Of a stretch of 64,000 nucleotides of DNA, positions 13,101 through 25,200 are shown one piece after another; positions within the stretch are counted from its first letter, which is position 1; every line of letters starts with the position of its first letter. The position numbers were made by a program, and so were the translations under genes. This DNA is from Hydrolagus affinis (lineage: Eukaryota): positions 1 to 64,000 of the forward strand of contig JAAILG010000964.1 in assembly GCA_012026655.1 (NCBI GenBank), read 5' to 3'. The notes beneath the pieces were generated by a model. The model did not search any database and was not told the origin of the DNA. It saw only the letters and a program-made list of their open reading frames with translations.

Positions 13101-16100
13101 AAGTACGCACATTGTAAAAAAGACAACTAAAATAACCAACTAAATCTAACTCTTTTCTTGTTGTGTTTTGGTAAGTTTAATACCAGCTATTAGAATTTTA
13201 TTGAACATTATTTTACAAATAAACACTTTGAATGAAAAATATATTTCACATATAGATATTTTCCAGTCCTCAAAGGAATAAAGCACATGAAAGATATTCA
13301 TAACTAAGCACTTTAAAACACTCTTCATAATGTTTCCTCCATTCATGTTTTATAGCCTTTATGCAGGCCCACTTTTACAACATTATACAGATGCACATTC
13401 AATATTTATTGCTATGGGATGAAGGGATCTTGGGTTTCTCACTTTGCTTCAAGCAAGTTCAGCACCTTAAGAAGTAAGTGACTATTTTAGTATCATTGCA
13501 GGAAAAGGCACTAGGCACACCCTACACTTGCTATGCCTTGTTGACATGAACCAGGGCAGGCAGAAACCAATAATACATGAAGTGCTGTTCAGAGGCAATT
13601 AGGATCAGTTGTCAAGGCTGGACCATTAATGAAGGAACATGTCAGCAAAGCCACAGACCTCAGCATTTGAGGGCGAGAAGGCGATTTAGTGTGACAGATC
13701 GAGTCCTTCCAATGTCCTCAGCAGTACATGCTAATACCAGCCGTAACAACACAGTGTGGCAGTGTATAATGCAACTAACATGGACTTTGATTCAGCAAAA
13801 TGACTGCTGCCACTGCTAGTCCATCTCACTGCAGCTGCAATAAGGCTGCTCTGCAAATAATTACCAGTTTGCCATACTCTTCCTTCTCTAACCAACTGTG
13901 TCCTCCTTACATGCCTAGTTAATTTATTATTGCTATCAAAGGGGTATGTGTAGAACAAAGATATGTTAAGCAATATTTTATTCACCTAAACAATTTACAA
14001 TCTCCAATTTCTGCTGAGCTTTCTTTAATACTGTAACATGCAAAATTCCAGGCTGAAAGGATGCAAGTGAATAAACACGTCTGAACCAGCGTGAGTTCAT
14101 TGGAAATGCATGGCATTTAAAAAATAAAATCATCTTGTTTAGAACAATGCACAAATCCCAATCAAACTGATGATTTCAAATGAGATCCTAAATGTGATAT
14201 CATTGCTATTGTCAGTGTAGGACACATGGAAAGCACTGGCTTTCTTTTAGTGCCACAGTACATATTATCATTTTTCTTACACTTTTAATTCAGAACTAGT
14301 ACATCACTCATACAAAGACAAGCTCCATCTCGTTGACTTGTATACATATTATTCCTGCTATTATAGCCATTCCAGTAAATCTGCAAGCCAAGCTATATTC
14401 CTGAAATATTATTCTATCTGTTGACAAAACCTGATATGTGTTAATCTGCTCTCTACTTTTTAAATTTCCTTCATTCCCATCAAATGAATGCTGCTGATGC
14501 ATAGACATTTAAACATGAAATGAAGCACAGTGCACAATGTCAATTAGAAATAAACAGAAATAAATAATTACACAGTGCCCCATCATTTCAACACGTCCCT
14601 GATAGCATTTTGAACGTTTAAAGGCGTTTTCTATAGTGACTCTCCCATAACAACAAAATTAAATTAGTAAACATTTACATTACCAGTCTGCTGAAGTTAC
14701 TTAAACTAATTTATCTAAAAGGATTCATAAAGTAAGATTAACGAATTTCAGCAGGGGGAACTTAAAAATTAAAATGAGTCTCCAATTAGATGTCATAAAC
14801 TTGGACTAACTTCATGTAATTGACAGAAACTCCATAGAAATCTTCCTAATCTGCAGCAATGGACTTTATTCACAAGGACAACAGCTTCATCTGGAGTAAA
14901 CTGTAACCAGCATAAATAACTCGCAAAATTGACCTAGTGTTTACTGGGAACATAAAGAAGAACATTACATTTGTATAGTCCCTTTCATGACAGCAGGACG
15001 TCCCAAGGTGTTGAAAAGAAATTGAGTAATTGTACTGGGGTGGCATTGGGCAAATGACAATAAGAACACACAGAGTTCCCAGCAATGACAGTCATAGAGT
15101 TCTATATACAAAAGTCGTGTGTACACTTTGCTGCTTGTATCTTTATGAAGGCTATAGATTCATAAAAAAATGAGAAGTCAATCTGAAACTGCTCCTATTC
15201 CTGACTTGCAGCTTGTGTAGGTCTGAAGCATTTACAGCTCTTGAGCTTACGTTGAAGTTTGCTGCATCAGTTATTGTAGGGTATAATCTGGCTGTTCAGT
15301 AAATATAATGTCTGTGTTGCTGTGGATTGTGCTAAATCCAGGAGTACAAAGTTGATCTTTTCCACTACATGACAAAGGATCCTCAATATTCTTCCCGACG
15401 TGAAAGGTGCTATACAAATATAATGCTGTTTTGAACAGTATTTGGAGAACAATGAAGCTGCCCAGCCCAGGCTTTCTTTTTCACGCATCTTTGTTATTTG
15501 CTTGAGCTGGGCATCCAAACAATTACTATCCTTTTGGGTCTGTCTCAATATTGACATAATTGTAAATTATTTAAATAGCTTTCATGCCCAATTAAGATCA
15601 GAAGCTTTTCAAGGAAAGTTTTAATTTTACTCTGCTGAATGAATTTTATTGATCGCAATTCAACTTTTTAAAATATATAAATAGGATTTTTGGTGCTTGA
15701 GTATCAATTTATGATCACTTCAACAATTCAACTATATTCGTGAAATTCTGCTATTTCTGTTCCGTTTGAAGTGGAGGATTAGTATGTTTGGGCCCTCTAT
15801 TGGATTTAAATATATTTTTTAAAAAAACAGAATTTGAAGCCTGTGTATACAGTTTGGAAGTCATCTTGAAACAATAATCCGAAGAGCCAATCCATACTGG
15901 GTCTTGGTATGGAGATGTTACTGGTTTTGGTTGTCTGATCCTTTCAATCCAAAAAGTGTGTTACAGCACACATTTCATTAAACAAGGGTACAAGCTAAAC
16001 CCATGTTTTAACAATTTGGATAGGATATCATGCTTTGTAGCACTAAACACGATCTGTTGTTCATTTAATCCCAGAAGTCCCAGTATGTCTTTGGTAGTAG

Positions 16101-18730
16101 ATGGGGAGACAGTCTCGGGTAGCAAAGTGCTGCTTGAGACTATTTCAATTTCAGTATTATATTAAAATGAGTGACTCCAGGATTCTACAAAAGAGCTCTT
16201 CAGGGGGAAATCTATAAAACTATGTGCTTGATATTGAAACCTACCATTTGTGGAATATAAACAAGGGGATGTAATTTATCTTGAACTAGTCAAGCTCTAT
16301 ATTATTTTCATGTTTCAGACCAACTTTCTAGTTGCCCAATCTATTATTCCTCACTTAATTTCAATCTATCGGGGTACAACAACTTTGCTGTTGGATTCTG
16401 ATCTGTAATTTTCATTTATAAGCAACGAAACACTATCAGCAGCACATCACGAATGGTGTTCTTGTACAGCATCCATCTGTCAACCCCCCAGATCAACTGA
16501 TGTTCAAGTCACAAATTTTATAATCTTTTGAAAAATGAACAGCTGCATAACTTCTATAATGGTTAGGTGCTGAGTTGACATATTTTGCAGCACGACTTTA
16601 CAGCACTCTTTAAGCAGGGAAGAAAAATTACAGATAGCCACGCATCCACTTTCTGTTGATAGGGCCTGTCAGCACCTTACATGATCTCTCGAGAATTTCA
16701 TCAAATTCCTACTTCATGTGTTCTGCCCTGGATTTCTATTGTAGTGTTGAGTTGGTTGACATCTTTTTTCTTAAAAAAGCAACTTAACAACCTAATTACT
16801 GTTAGAAAGAAACTGGAAAATTCTCAATTGATTTTGAATTAAAAAAAACAACCATATTTCTCCAGAGATTGTTTTCTTGCTTTGGTTTTCTTGCTTTGCA
16901 AGGAATAAGATCCAAGATTTCACTTCAGCATTTGTTGTTTTTACTTAAAATCATTATTCCTTTTGCTAGTTTTATAATTTTTTTTGTCAGCCTAAATTAG
17001 GCATTTTACAGAAATTATAGATTCTTTCTTTTCCTGTTAATTTGATTAATCATCTTTGTCAATAGGCAGTAGGTTATATTCTTGTGCTGTTTTACTTCAC
17101 AAGCCATGTGAAGATGTTAACCACTGTTATTGCCTCCAGTACCTCAAATTATTGGTGTATTATTTCATGCATGTACTGTCCTTTTATCAATTGCTTTTGA
17201 AGTAATGTTAATAGACTAGAAAATTGAGACATTTATGAAGTATAGGCAGTGTTTATAGAAAAAAATCCATAAAATATGACAAAGGCAAGTCTTGATAAAA
17301 GCCGCTTTTTAATAGATTATGGCAAAGTGATCCTGCCAGTAGCTGACAAATGACTCCTCTGAGATCACTCACTTTTATGGGATTAATTTTGTCGTACTAT
17401 AAATGAAGTTAAGCGTCCTAATTGATCTGTACACATAGTACAGTATTTCAGCACAAAACCTTATAACCCTCATACTTTGGTTCTGCTGATCCTCAGCTAA
17501 TTATCTTCTACTGATAACTGAGAAAGACATTTCTGCCGGCAAATTAAACTAATCATTTTCAATACTTAATCAGAAATGTTCTCTGCATGAAACTATCCTT
17601 GATGGCGCATACTAATAACTAGCCTTGGTGTCAATAAGGGTTTATAACCTATCTTGTCAACACCACAAATATGGGGGTGGGAGCTGAGGGAGTAAAAGCA
17701 CTTTTTTTTAAAAATCACAGAAAAGATTTTGACATACATATATTTAAACATGAAACAAAACAGCTAATGATCTATAAATGCTCAGCTTCTGAAATAATTA
17801 TGACTAAGGCTTTAGGCAGAATGTACCCAAGAGATCACTTGAAAAAACAATTGTTCAGAATTTTCATTGTAAAATGTAAAGATTATTTCATGTCTTGGGG
17901 ATTAGACAGTGTATAGTACAAGAGCAGTGCTGTTTCACCTCTGAAATTCGATTTGCAAACTACCCAGTCAAAGAGAACTGAAGGCACCCTAAGATCCCTG
18001 CTTTGCTATCCTAAATGGGATTTGGTTATCTCAACTCAGTTTGCAGTGGACACAAAACAATAGCAGACAAAGAACCTCACATTTAACCACAATTTATATC
18101 GCCTAAATTAAATTATATATATTTAAAGCTTTTGTGGTCCAAATGCGATTTTGACTCAAGGAGAAGTACAAGTCTTGTAAAAAAAGCATTACTTAAAGTG
18201 GGAAATCAGCCAAGTTATGATTTTGACACCTGCCTGGGCTTTATTAACAGAAGTAAAAGATTTTGCCTGCAGGTATCTGAGGTACCTTGCAGCAAATTAC
18301 AACAAAAAAAAGCAGATGACAGTTGTTGGTTGTGTCAATAGTCTGGGAAAAAAATATCTATTGCCATAGGATCATGTGATTTTACATCTAGAAATACAAT
18401 ACTTCAAATCAATGTGCAAGTCTATATGAATTCTCTGTGTTGGTTAAACATTATATATATACTGTGACTAAAATTGTTATTTTGCATCAATGTTTTAAAT
18501 CCCACATTGTAACAACATACAATTTCCTGTTGACATTTCCAACATAGTCAGCAGCAGCTCTCACCTCTCTGCAGGAGCATCATTAGCTGCAGGCAACTGA
18601 AGATGCAAGAGCTGAGGCGTTCTGCTGGTAAAATCTTGTACATTGATTTTGCCTGGACAATATAATAGATTCATTCTAGATAGCAGGTATTCAATATGGT
18701 CAAAAAGAATTATTCTGAAGCAAGTTTCAC

Positions 18731-19031
18731 ATAATAATAATCCTTGCATTTGATACGTCTTCTAGATGTCTCAAAGCGCTTCACAGAATATACTGTAAAG
18801 TGAATTGACTGTATATATGTGGGCAGAATGCAGCAGCCAATTGCACATAGCAGTGTCCCCACAAGCAGTCGTGGATTGAAATGACCAATTTATTATTGGG
18901 GGTTTTTTAGAGGGATTATTATCAGGCGTGTGGAGTAAGGAAACTTGCCCAAGGTTTCACCCTGCCAGGAATTGAACCCAGGTCTCCCGATTCTAAGGCG
19001 AATGCTCTAACCACTGAGCTACAGGACTCCA
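18731..19031 (-). mobile_element. Near full-length tRNA-derived SINE with Deu-like body and L2-like tail
   Basis: Minus-strand head GGAGTCCTGTAGCTCAGTGGTTAGAGC (A box) and GGGTTCAATTCC (B box); body GTGGGGACACTGCTATGTGCAATTGGCTGCTGC; tail AAATGCAAGGATTATTATT. Confidence 0.9.
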
Positions 19032-19096
19032 TGAAGTAAGTGAGTAAAATGAATTGCTTGTGTGAATTAGTGCAAAAATAAACATTGATGTCTTAC

Positions 19097-19271
19097 CTTG
19101 ACTGATTGACTGTAGGGGCCAATATTAGCAGGTGCCCAATGTGAAATGCTCTGAACATGCATCACTTCCTTTTGTTCTTTGAATGAATCCTGTGTGGTTA
19201 ACTCATTTCTATGTACAAGGCAATCAAGCAGGAGTAATACACCATCAGGTAATGAAGCTTCCACACAAACC
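19097..19271 (-). CDS. DPH6: DPH6 exon 12 (175 nt), end of Rid domain 1 and start of Rid domain 2
   Basis: tgtttag|GGTTTG...GTCAAG|gtaaga. Encodes [68 protein letters not shown] is the Rid N-terminal motif. Confidence 0.96.
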
Positions 19272-22200
19272 CTAAACAAACAACAAGAACAATTTCACAT
19301 TTGATATCTGTTAATTTATGGATGATCAAAAGTCCTCTTCAGCTACACACTTTTCATGGATAATACAAAGGGTAGATCTCATGAGCCAAACTAAATGAAT
19401 AATAATAATAATCCTTGCATTTGATAGAGCGCTTTTCATGTCTTCTAGACATCTCAAAGCGCTTCACTGTAAAGTGAATTGACAGTATATTTGTGGGCAA
19501 AACACGGCACCTAATTGCGCACAAGCTATGCCAACTGCTCTCAGTTGGTAGTACACTGACCTGCGGGTGCCATCTTTCAGAAAATACAATAAATCACAGG
19601 CCCTGCTACCTGTTCTGTACATTAAGTTATGGACCTGGCTGTCTGTTCAGGTGGACTTTAAAGATTCCATAATACAGTACTAATTGAAAAGTTAAGTAAG
19701 TTTCTTCTGGTGCTCAGGCTAAATGTCCTCCAGATTAATGTATCACCTCATGATCAATTGTGGGACCTTGACAGTATAAATGGCTGTGTCATCTGCTTAC
19801 AAAGCAGTCACTATTTTTGCTAAAGAACAAGAGTAATTAACTTTGATTACTTTTGAGACATCCCAGCAAAGTTAAAGCTTTGGAGGAAATATTAACTTTA
19901 GAAACGGAAAGTCTAATTGCAAATAATGCCGTCAGAGTGGACCAATTCTTCACAGATAATATTAGAGTATAACCAAGAGACCAAAATGGATTTGTCATTT
20001 TATTAAAAAAAATCTTTCCTGTGCTGGGGTGAAATAGCTTTAAAAAAACTAAAAGTTCCAGATTCAGTCACAAGTCTGACTTCAGCCAGGCTGGGCAGTA
20101 ATTACACCACAAATAGCCTCAGGATCCTTAGGTGATAGTTGCAAATCTGCTAGGGTTCTTGATTCTGATCACTATCAAGCTTTGTCTTCCAGAAAACACA
20201 CATGTGGTCAAGCTTTAGCACAGTTAGCTGTGTTTTATATTACCTTGCGGGCGGATTTAAGTTGAAGTAGGACTGGTAGACTAAGTTTATAGCACCAAAA
20301 TCACTCATGGTTTGCACATAGAGGTGAACCAGAATGATGTCCGATAATGTGTATCCTTTTGCTTCCAATTGAGCTACAAAAGAAAAAAGTACATTATTTA
20401 CAGTCTGCTCCATGTCCCCGACTGGCCCACCGCACCAGTGGTCTGTCCATCAGTCTCTCTACCCCACCCTTTTGGACTCCATCCTAGTCCTTTCGCCTTA
20501 CTCCATCCCGTGCCTCCTTCAAGGCACATCTCAAGAATCTCCTCTTCAACCATACCTTTGGCTACCCTCCTACTTCTATCTTCTCTGCCCGCCACCCCCA
20601 TCCGATCCCAACATCCTACTTGGGTCCCAATCCCTGAATGCCCAGCACCTTTGGACATCCTTCTGATATGAAAGGTGCTCTGCAAATATGATTTGTAGTT
20701 GTTCATTTTAAAGGAAATTCTAAATGTTTCAAGCATGAAAATGGTAGAAGTATAAAATTTATTTATAGTGTTATTCTTTATTTTATAAAACTGCAATGCC
20801 ATGAAAGTCAATTTAGCAACCTTTTAAGAGAAAAGTCGCATTTTTGCCTCATATCCCTCAATGCAATCAGAATGACCTTCATATACAGTGCATTATAAAG
20901 GACGAGTGTTTCATATACTTTGTTCAAGATATTCTATCATGTTTACCATTGTCAAGAAGATTGTTTTGTTAGAAAGGAGCAGAGAACCTTTTTTTTTGTT
21001 GTTTTGCAGATAATGACAATGTTTTCCACATTACCTCATAGCCCTAAGTGCCACAGTATTTTCCAAATCATTCCCTGCACCCTGCTTGTAATGATGCATA
21101 TTACTGAGAGCAAACTGTGTCAAAGGCCTCATGTTATTGAAGTGACAAGTAATTATAACATTTTTTATACTGAGTGGAAGTTATAATCTATTTCCATGGC
21201 GCAGGATAAAAATGCTTCCTAAATAAAGAAGTCTAACAAAATACCCTGCAGTATGAAAAATGCTTCATTTGTCACATTATCAACGTTCTTCCCATCTGTA
21301 GGAGAAAAAGTCCCATGAATGCCACTAATCCATTGGTATCCACTTTTTGACTTCCTAGACCAATGATTTATCTCCTCTGAAAGAGAAAAAGGAAAATAAA
21401 TAACACAATATGAAAACATTAAGAAAGGATCAAGACCATCCTTCGGCCACCACTTCTCTGTCTACCACCCCACTGGCTGGGTCCTAATCCCTGACTGTTC
21501 AGCACCTTGGGATGTCCTCCCAATTTGGAAAGCATTTGTAATTTTGTATTGCATGTAAATTATATTACATAGAGAACAGTACAGTTATTAACAGTCCCAA
21601 GGTGGGGCTTGGACCCAAAACAACAACATGCCCTATATAGTGCCCTTCACGCGGGGTAGTATCCTGGAGTGCTTGAGTCAGGGGTGAGAGTGCTACCAAC
21701 TGGGTTGATATTTTGCGTTACAAACAGATCTTAGTGTTTATGACCAGTCAGAGATAAAGCTTATGAATTAAATTTTAGAATTCCTTTAGAGGAATGGAAT
21801 TAATAATAATAATAATCCTTGCACTTTATGCAGCACTTTCCACATCTTCTAGACATCTCAAATCGCTTCACAGAATATACTGCAAAGTGAATTGACTGTA
21901 TAATTGTGGGCGAAACGCAGCAGTCAATTGCACACAGCAGTGTCCCACAAATAGTTATGGATTGAAATGACCAATTTATTATTCTTTTGAGGGATTATTA
22001 TTAGTAAGGAAACTTGTCCAAGGTTTCTGCCTGCCTGGATTCAAACACAACTCTCACATTTGTAACCACTGAGCTACAGGACTCCAAGAAGAAGTCACAC
22101 TATTTGTAATACAACTTCAAAGAGTATTTTATCCCAGAGTATTTTACGTCCTCTCGACATAAAAGGCACTCTATCAATGTAATTTTGTTGTTGTATCCCC

Positions 22201-25200
22201 AAAATATCCATGACTAATCCACACACAGTGTCATTTGTTCAGTCTCAAACATACCAGGTTCAGATGAACTATGAGAGGTTGGATTCCACAAGACCTGTAG
22301 ATTTGAATGTTCTCCACGAAGTTCAGTCTGTACATTGTTCTCCATGTCACAGCAAAATGAGCAAGAACCCAGTTTACTATGTGATATGCCTACAGTCACC
22401 TGCTATATAGAATATATATTTCAGTTTCAAAAAAGCTCTACCAGTGAACAAATGCAGAATAAACAATAACAAAATTACATTTGTATCGCGCCATTCACGT
22501 TGGGAGGAGTCTCAAGGCACTGGACAATCAGTATTTCTGACCTGAGCTGGGGGTCAGGATGGAGGAGGGTGATCAAAGGAACCGTCAAAGAGGAGGATCT
22601 TGAGATGAGTCTTCAAGGAGGCAAGGGAGGCGGCAAGGTGGAGGGACCCTGAGATGGAGTTTCAAAGGGTGGGGCAAAAGGACTGAAATCTGTCACAGAC
22701 TAAATTTTCTCAGTAAAATGTCTTATATTGTAATTGATTGCAGTATACAGGAAGGTGTAAATGGTGAAATGGAGAACTGATGTACTTCATGCAATCACTC
22801 ATCCTTCTAAATGACATGTTCTATTTTTAAGACTGTATTTTCTCATGATTGTGTTTGTAATTTACACATTTAATCTAATAGGCCATAATAATTAAAATAG
22901 ATTGGGGCATTATTATAAAGTATTAAGCGGGTTATAAGTATACCATATCATTTATAGTACTGTACTACAACTACTTAATAAGGATAGTACAATACTTAAA
23001 AAGACTTTAGAAAAGTATTTTAAAACAAATTACATGCTGTAGTCTGGTTATAAAAAACGCCGTGAAGGTTTGCAAATGAGAACCTTGGAAAAACGAGAAA
23101 CTTGCCTAGAGTCGAAATACATACAAAATACAGTAGAAGGGTTATTGCAGTGAGCAAAAAATATTTTAATTTTGAATGCATAAATGCAGTGACTGAAACT
23201 CCCATGAGAAAAAGTCTGATTTCTTTAGCTGTCGTAAGAACTTTAAAAGAAAAATCTCTAGATTTAAATATTGATACCAAGGAATGTTGTTCTGGTATGT
23301 GAGTGAACATGTTGATAAAATATGCAACTTGAGATTACATTACTTTTTCTGAAGTATCAAATTATTGGTGGAAAACCATAATTGGACAGCGCAGTATTAA
23401 CAGAGCCCTTGCCATAGAATCGCATTTCTCACCTCATCTAATCAGCTTCCAGTTTGGGCTGCATGCTGAGCAACAAAACTGCAAACATTAAAGACTTGCA
23501 TTATTATCCTCTCAGGAGAATCTGCTCATCTGAAGTACTCCATGAACTCTCTATACTGTACCAACATTAATTTTGCATTAAAAAGAATTAGTACAAGAAG
23601 TATGTTGGAGGATAGGGTGCATTTTGCCAAATACAGATTCTGTACTCATGACCAATGTGTAATTGCATTTTTAATGAACACTCGAGTGTATCAAGATGCC
23701 TTTCACTAGACACAAATGCTGTGTTGGTGTCAAAGAGAAATTTTAAACTGATCTTCTGGCAATAAGGCATTATTGCCAGACAGGTGAAACAGTAGCGCAG
23801 AAAGCAGGACGATGGTCTGATGTGCAGTGCTACAAGTTCATAACTCACCATGTTGATTTCCAACATGGTGAGTTATCAATCTTGGTTGGTTGTGCTGATA
23901 CATGGTATCCTCAAGCAGAAAGCAGGCATTTGTCAACCAAGAGGAACAATGAAAAAATGCCATTTCACCCCCAATTAGGGATGCTAAAGAAAAACAGGAC
24001 CCGATAGACTTTCAGACACCTTTCAAATGTTATGATAAAACTATCTCAAGCAAAATCCCACCCATGTGTATATCTAATTAAATGTTCGGGCATGCTGGGC
24101 TACATAGGCACAAGAATTTCCCAAAAGAGATTACACTTCATATCATTGAGAACAATATGTTCATTATGCTAGTCTTTTGCAGATGGTTTTAAAGCATCCA
24201 CCCCCCCAGGTCCTGCTGAGCTCTACCCCGCCCCACCACCCTCTCCCGACTCCAGGTCTTACTGAGCATTTGCTATTCCACCTAATTCAATGGATCAGAT
24301 TTCAGGATACAAAGGAGATGTGATTGAATTATCTCTTCATATTTTGGCTCTTACTGTAGCCAATCACATGAGAACCAGCACACAACTGAACACCAATCCA
24401 AATTAGAATATGAAGTGAATTAAAATGGGGGCATTTTGAATTAATTCAGAAAAAATTAATTTAGACCAATATTAACTACAGTATTTTATATTCTGGTCTG
24501 GCAGGTGTTTCCTAAACAAAGCAACAAAATTGAACAGATAAAACTGAAAACATAGTAAAGATATCACATGATTGACTGAGCTGACGTTGATAAGGGCTTG
24601 ACATTAAACCAGACCTGAGTAAGAAATTTCTAGCTTTGGAATAGAAGCCTGGTTGGGGGTAGCGACATGAACATGTCCCAAGTTACAATTCATGTGTTAC
24701 AGGCAAGGATTACAAATAATTGAGGTAAAGATTTGCTGCTAGAAATAGATGCCGAAGAAACTTCAATTGTTTTCCTTTTTAAACCTTGCAATTTTGTGGT
24801 ATTTTGCTGGGGTTTTGGCTCTCAAGGGGCAAGGGGAGGATGACACCTGGGGAAATTGTGAGAAATATATGGACTTTTAACACATTTGTTGACAGGGGTT
24901 TGTGGGATGATCTCTGAGGCATGCTGCATTTAAGAGGGCCATTTATTCTTTCATGTTTGCACTGGCACACAGTAACACAAAGTAATTGCTACCAGAACCT
25001 TCCACTGTGATCTAATGGTGACCTTGTTCCGTACTCCCATCGGTCCTTCTGCCTGACTTGCAGTTAGTGGTTTATTTTTAATTACGTGCTGAATTGTCAC
25101 AAAGATGAATAGGCAGCAGCAACACAACAGTTGAAGCAAGGAAGGGGCACTGGAAAAGACACCTATTTTCAGAAGAAACGGGAAATACTGAAAACATTAT

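Noticed and set aside
18561-18749. ORF containing LLYCPGKI, superficially like the expected next DPH6 exon (..LYCAGQIAL..)
   Set aside because: There is no AG acceptor in the required phase 0, the downstream residues do not resemble Rid domain 2, and the ORF start overlaps a SINE tail. The real exon is probably outside the window.
18960-19031. tRNA-like sequence with A and B boxes
   Set aside because: It is the head of a multi-copy SINE, continuous with the SINE body, and I could not form a proper acceptor stem.
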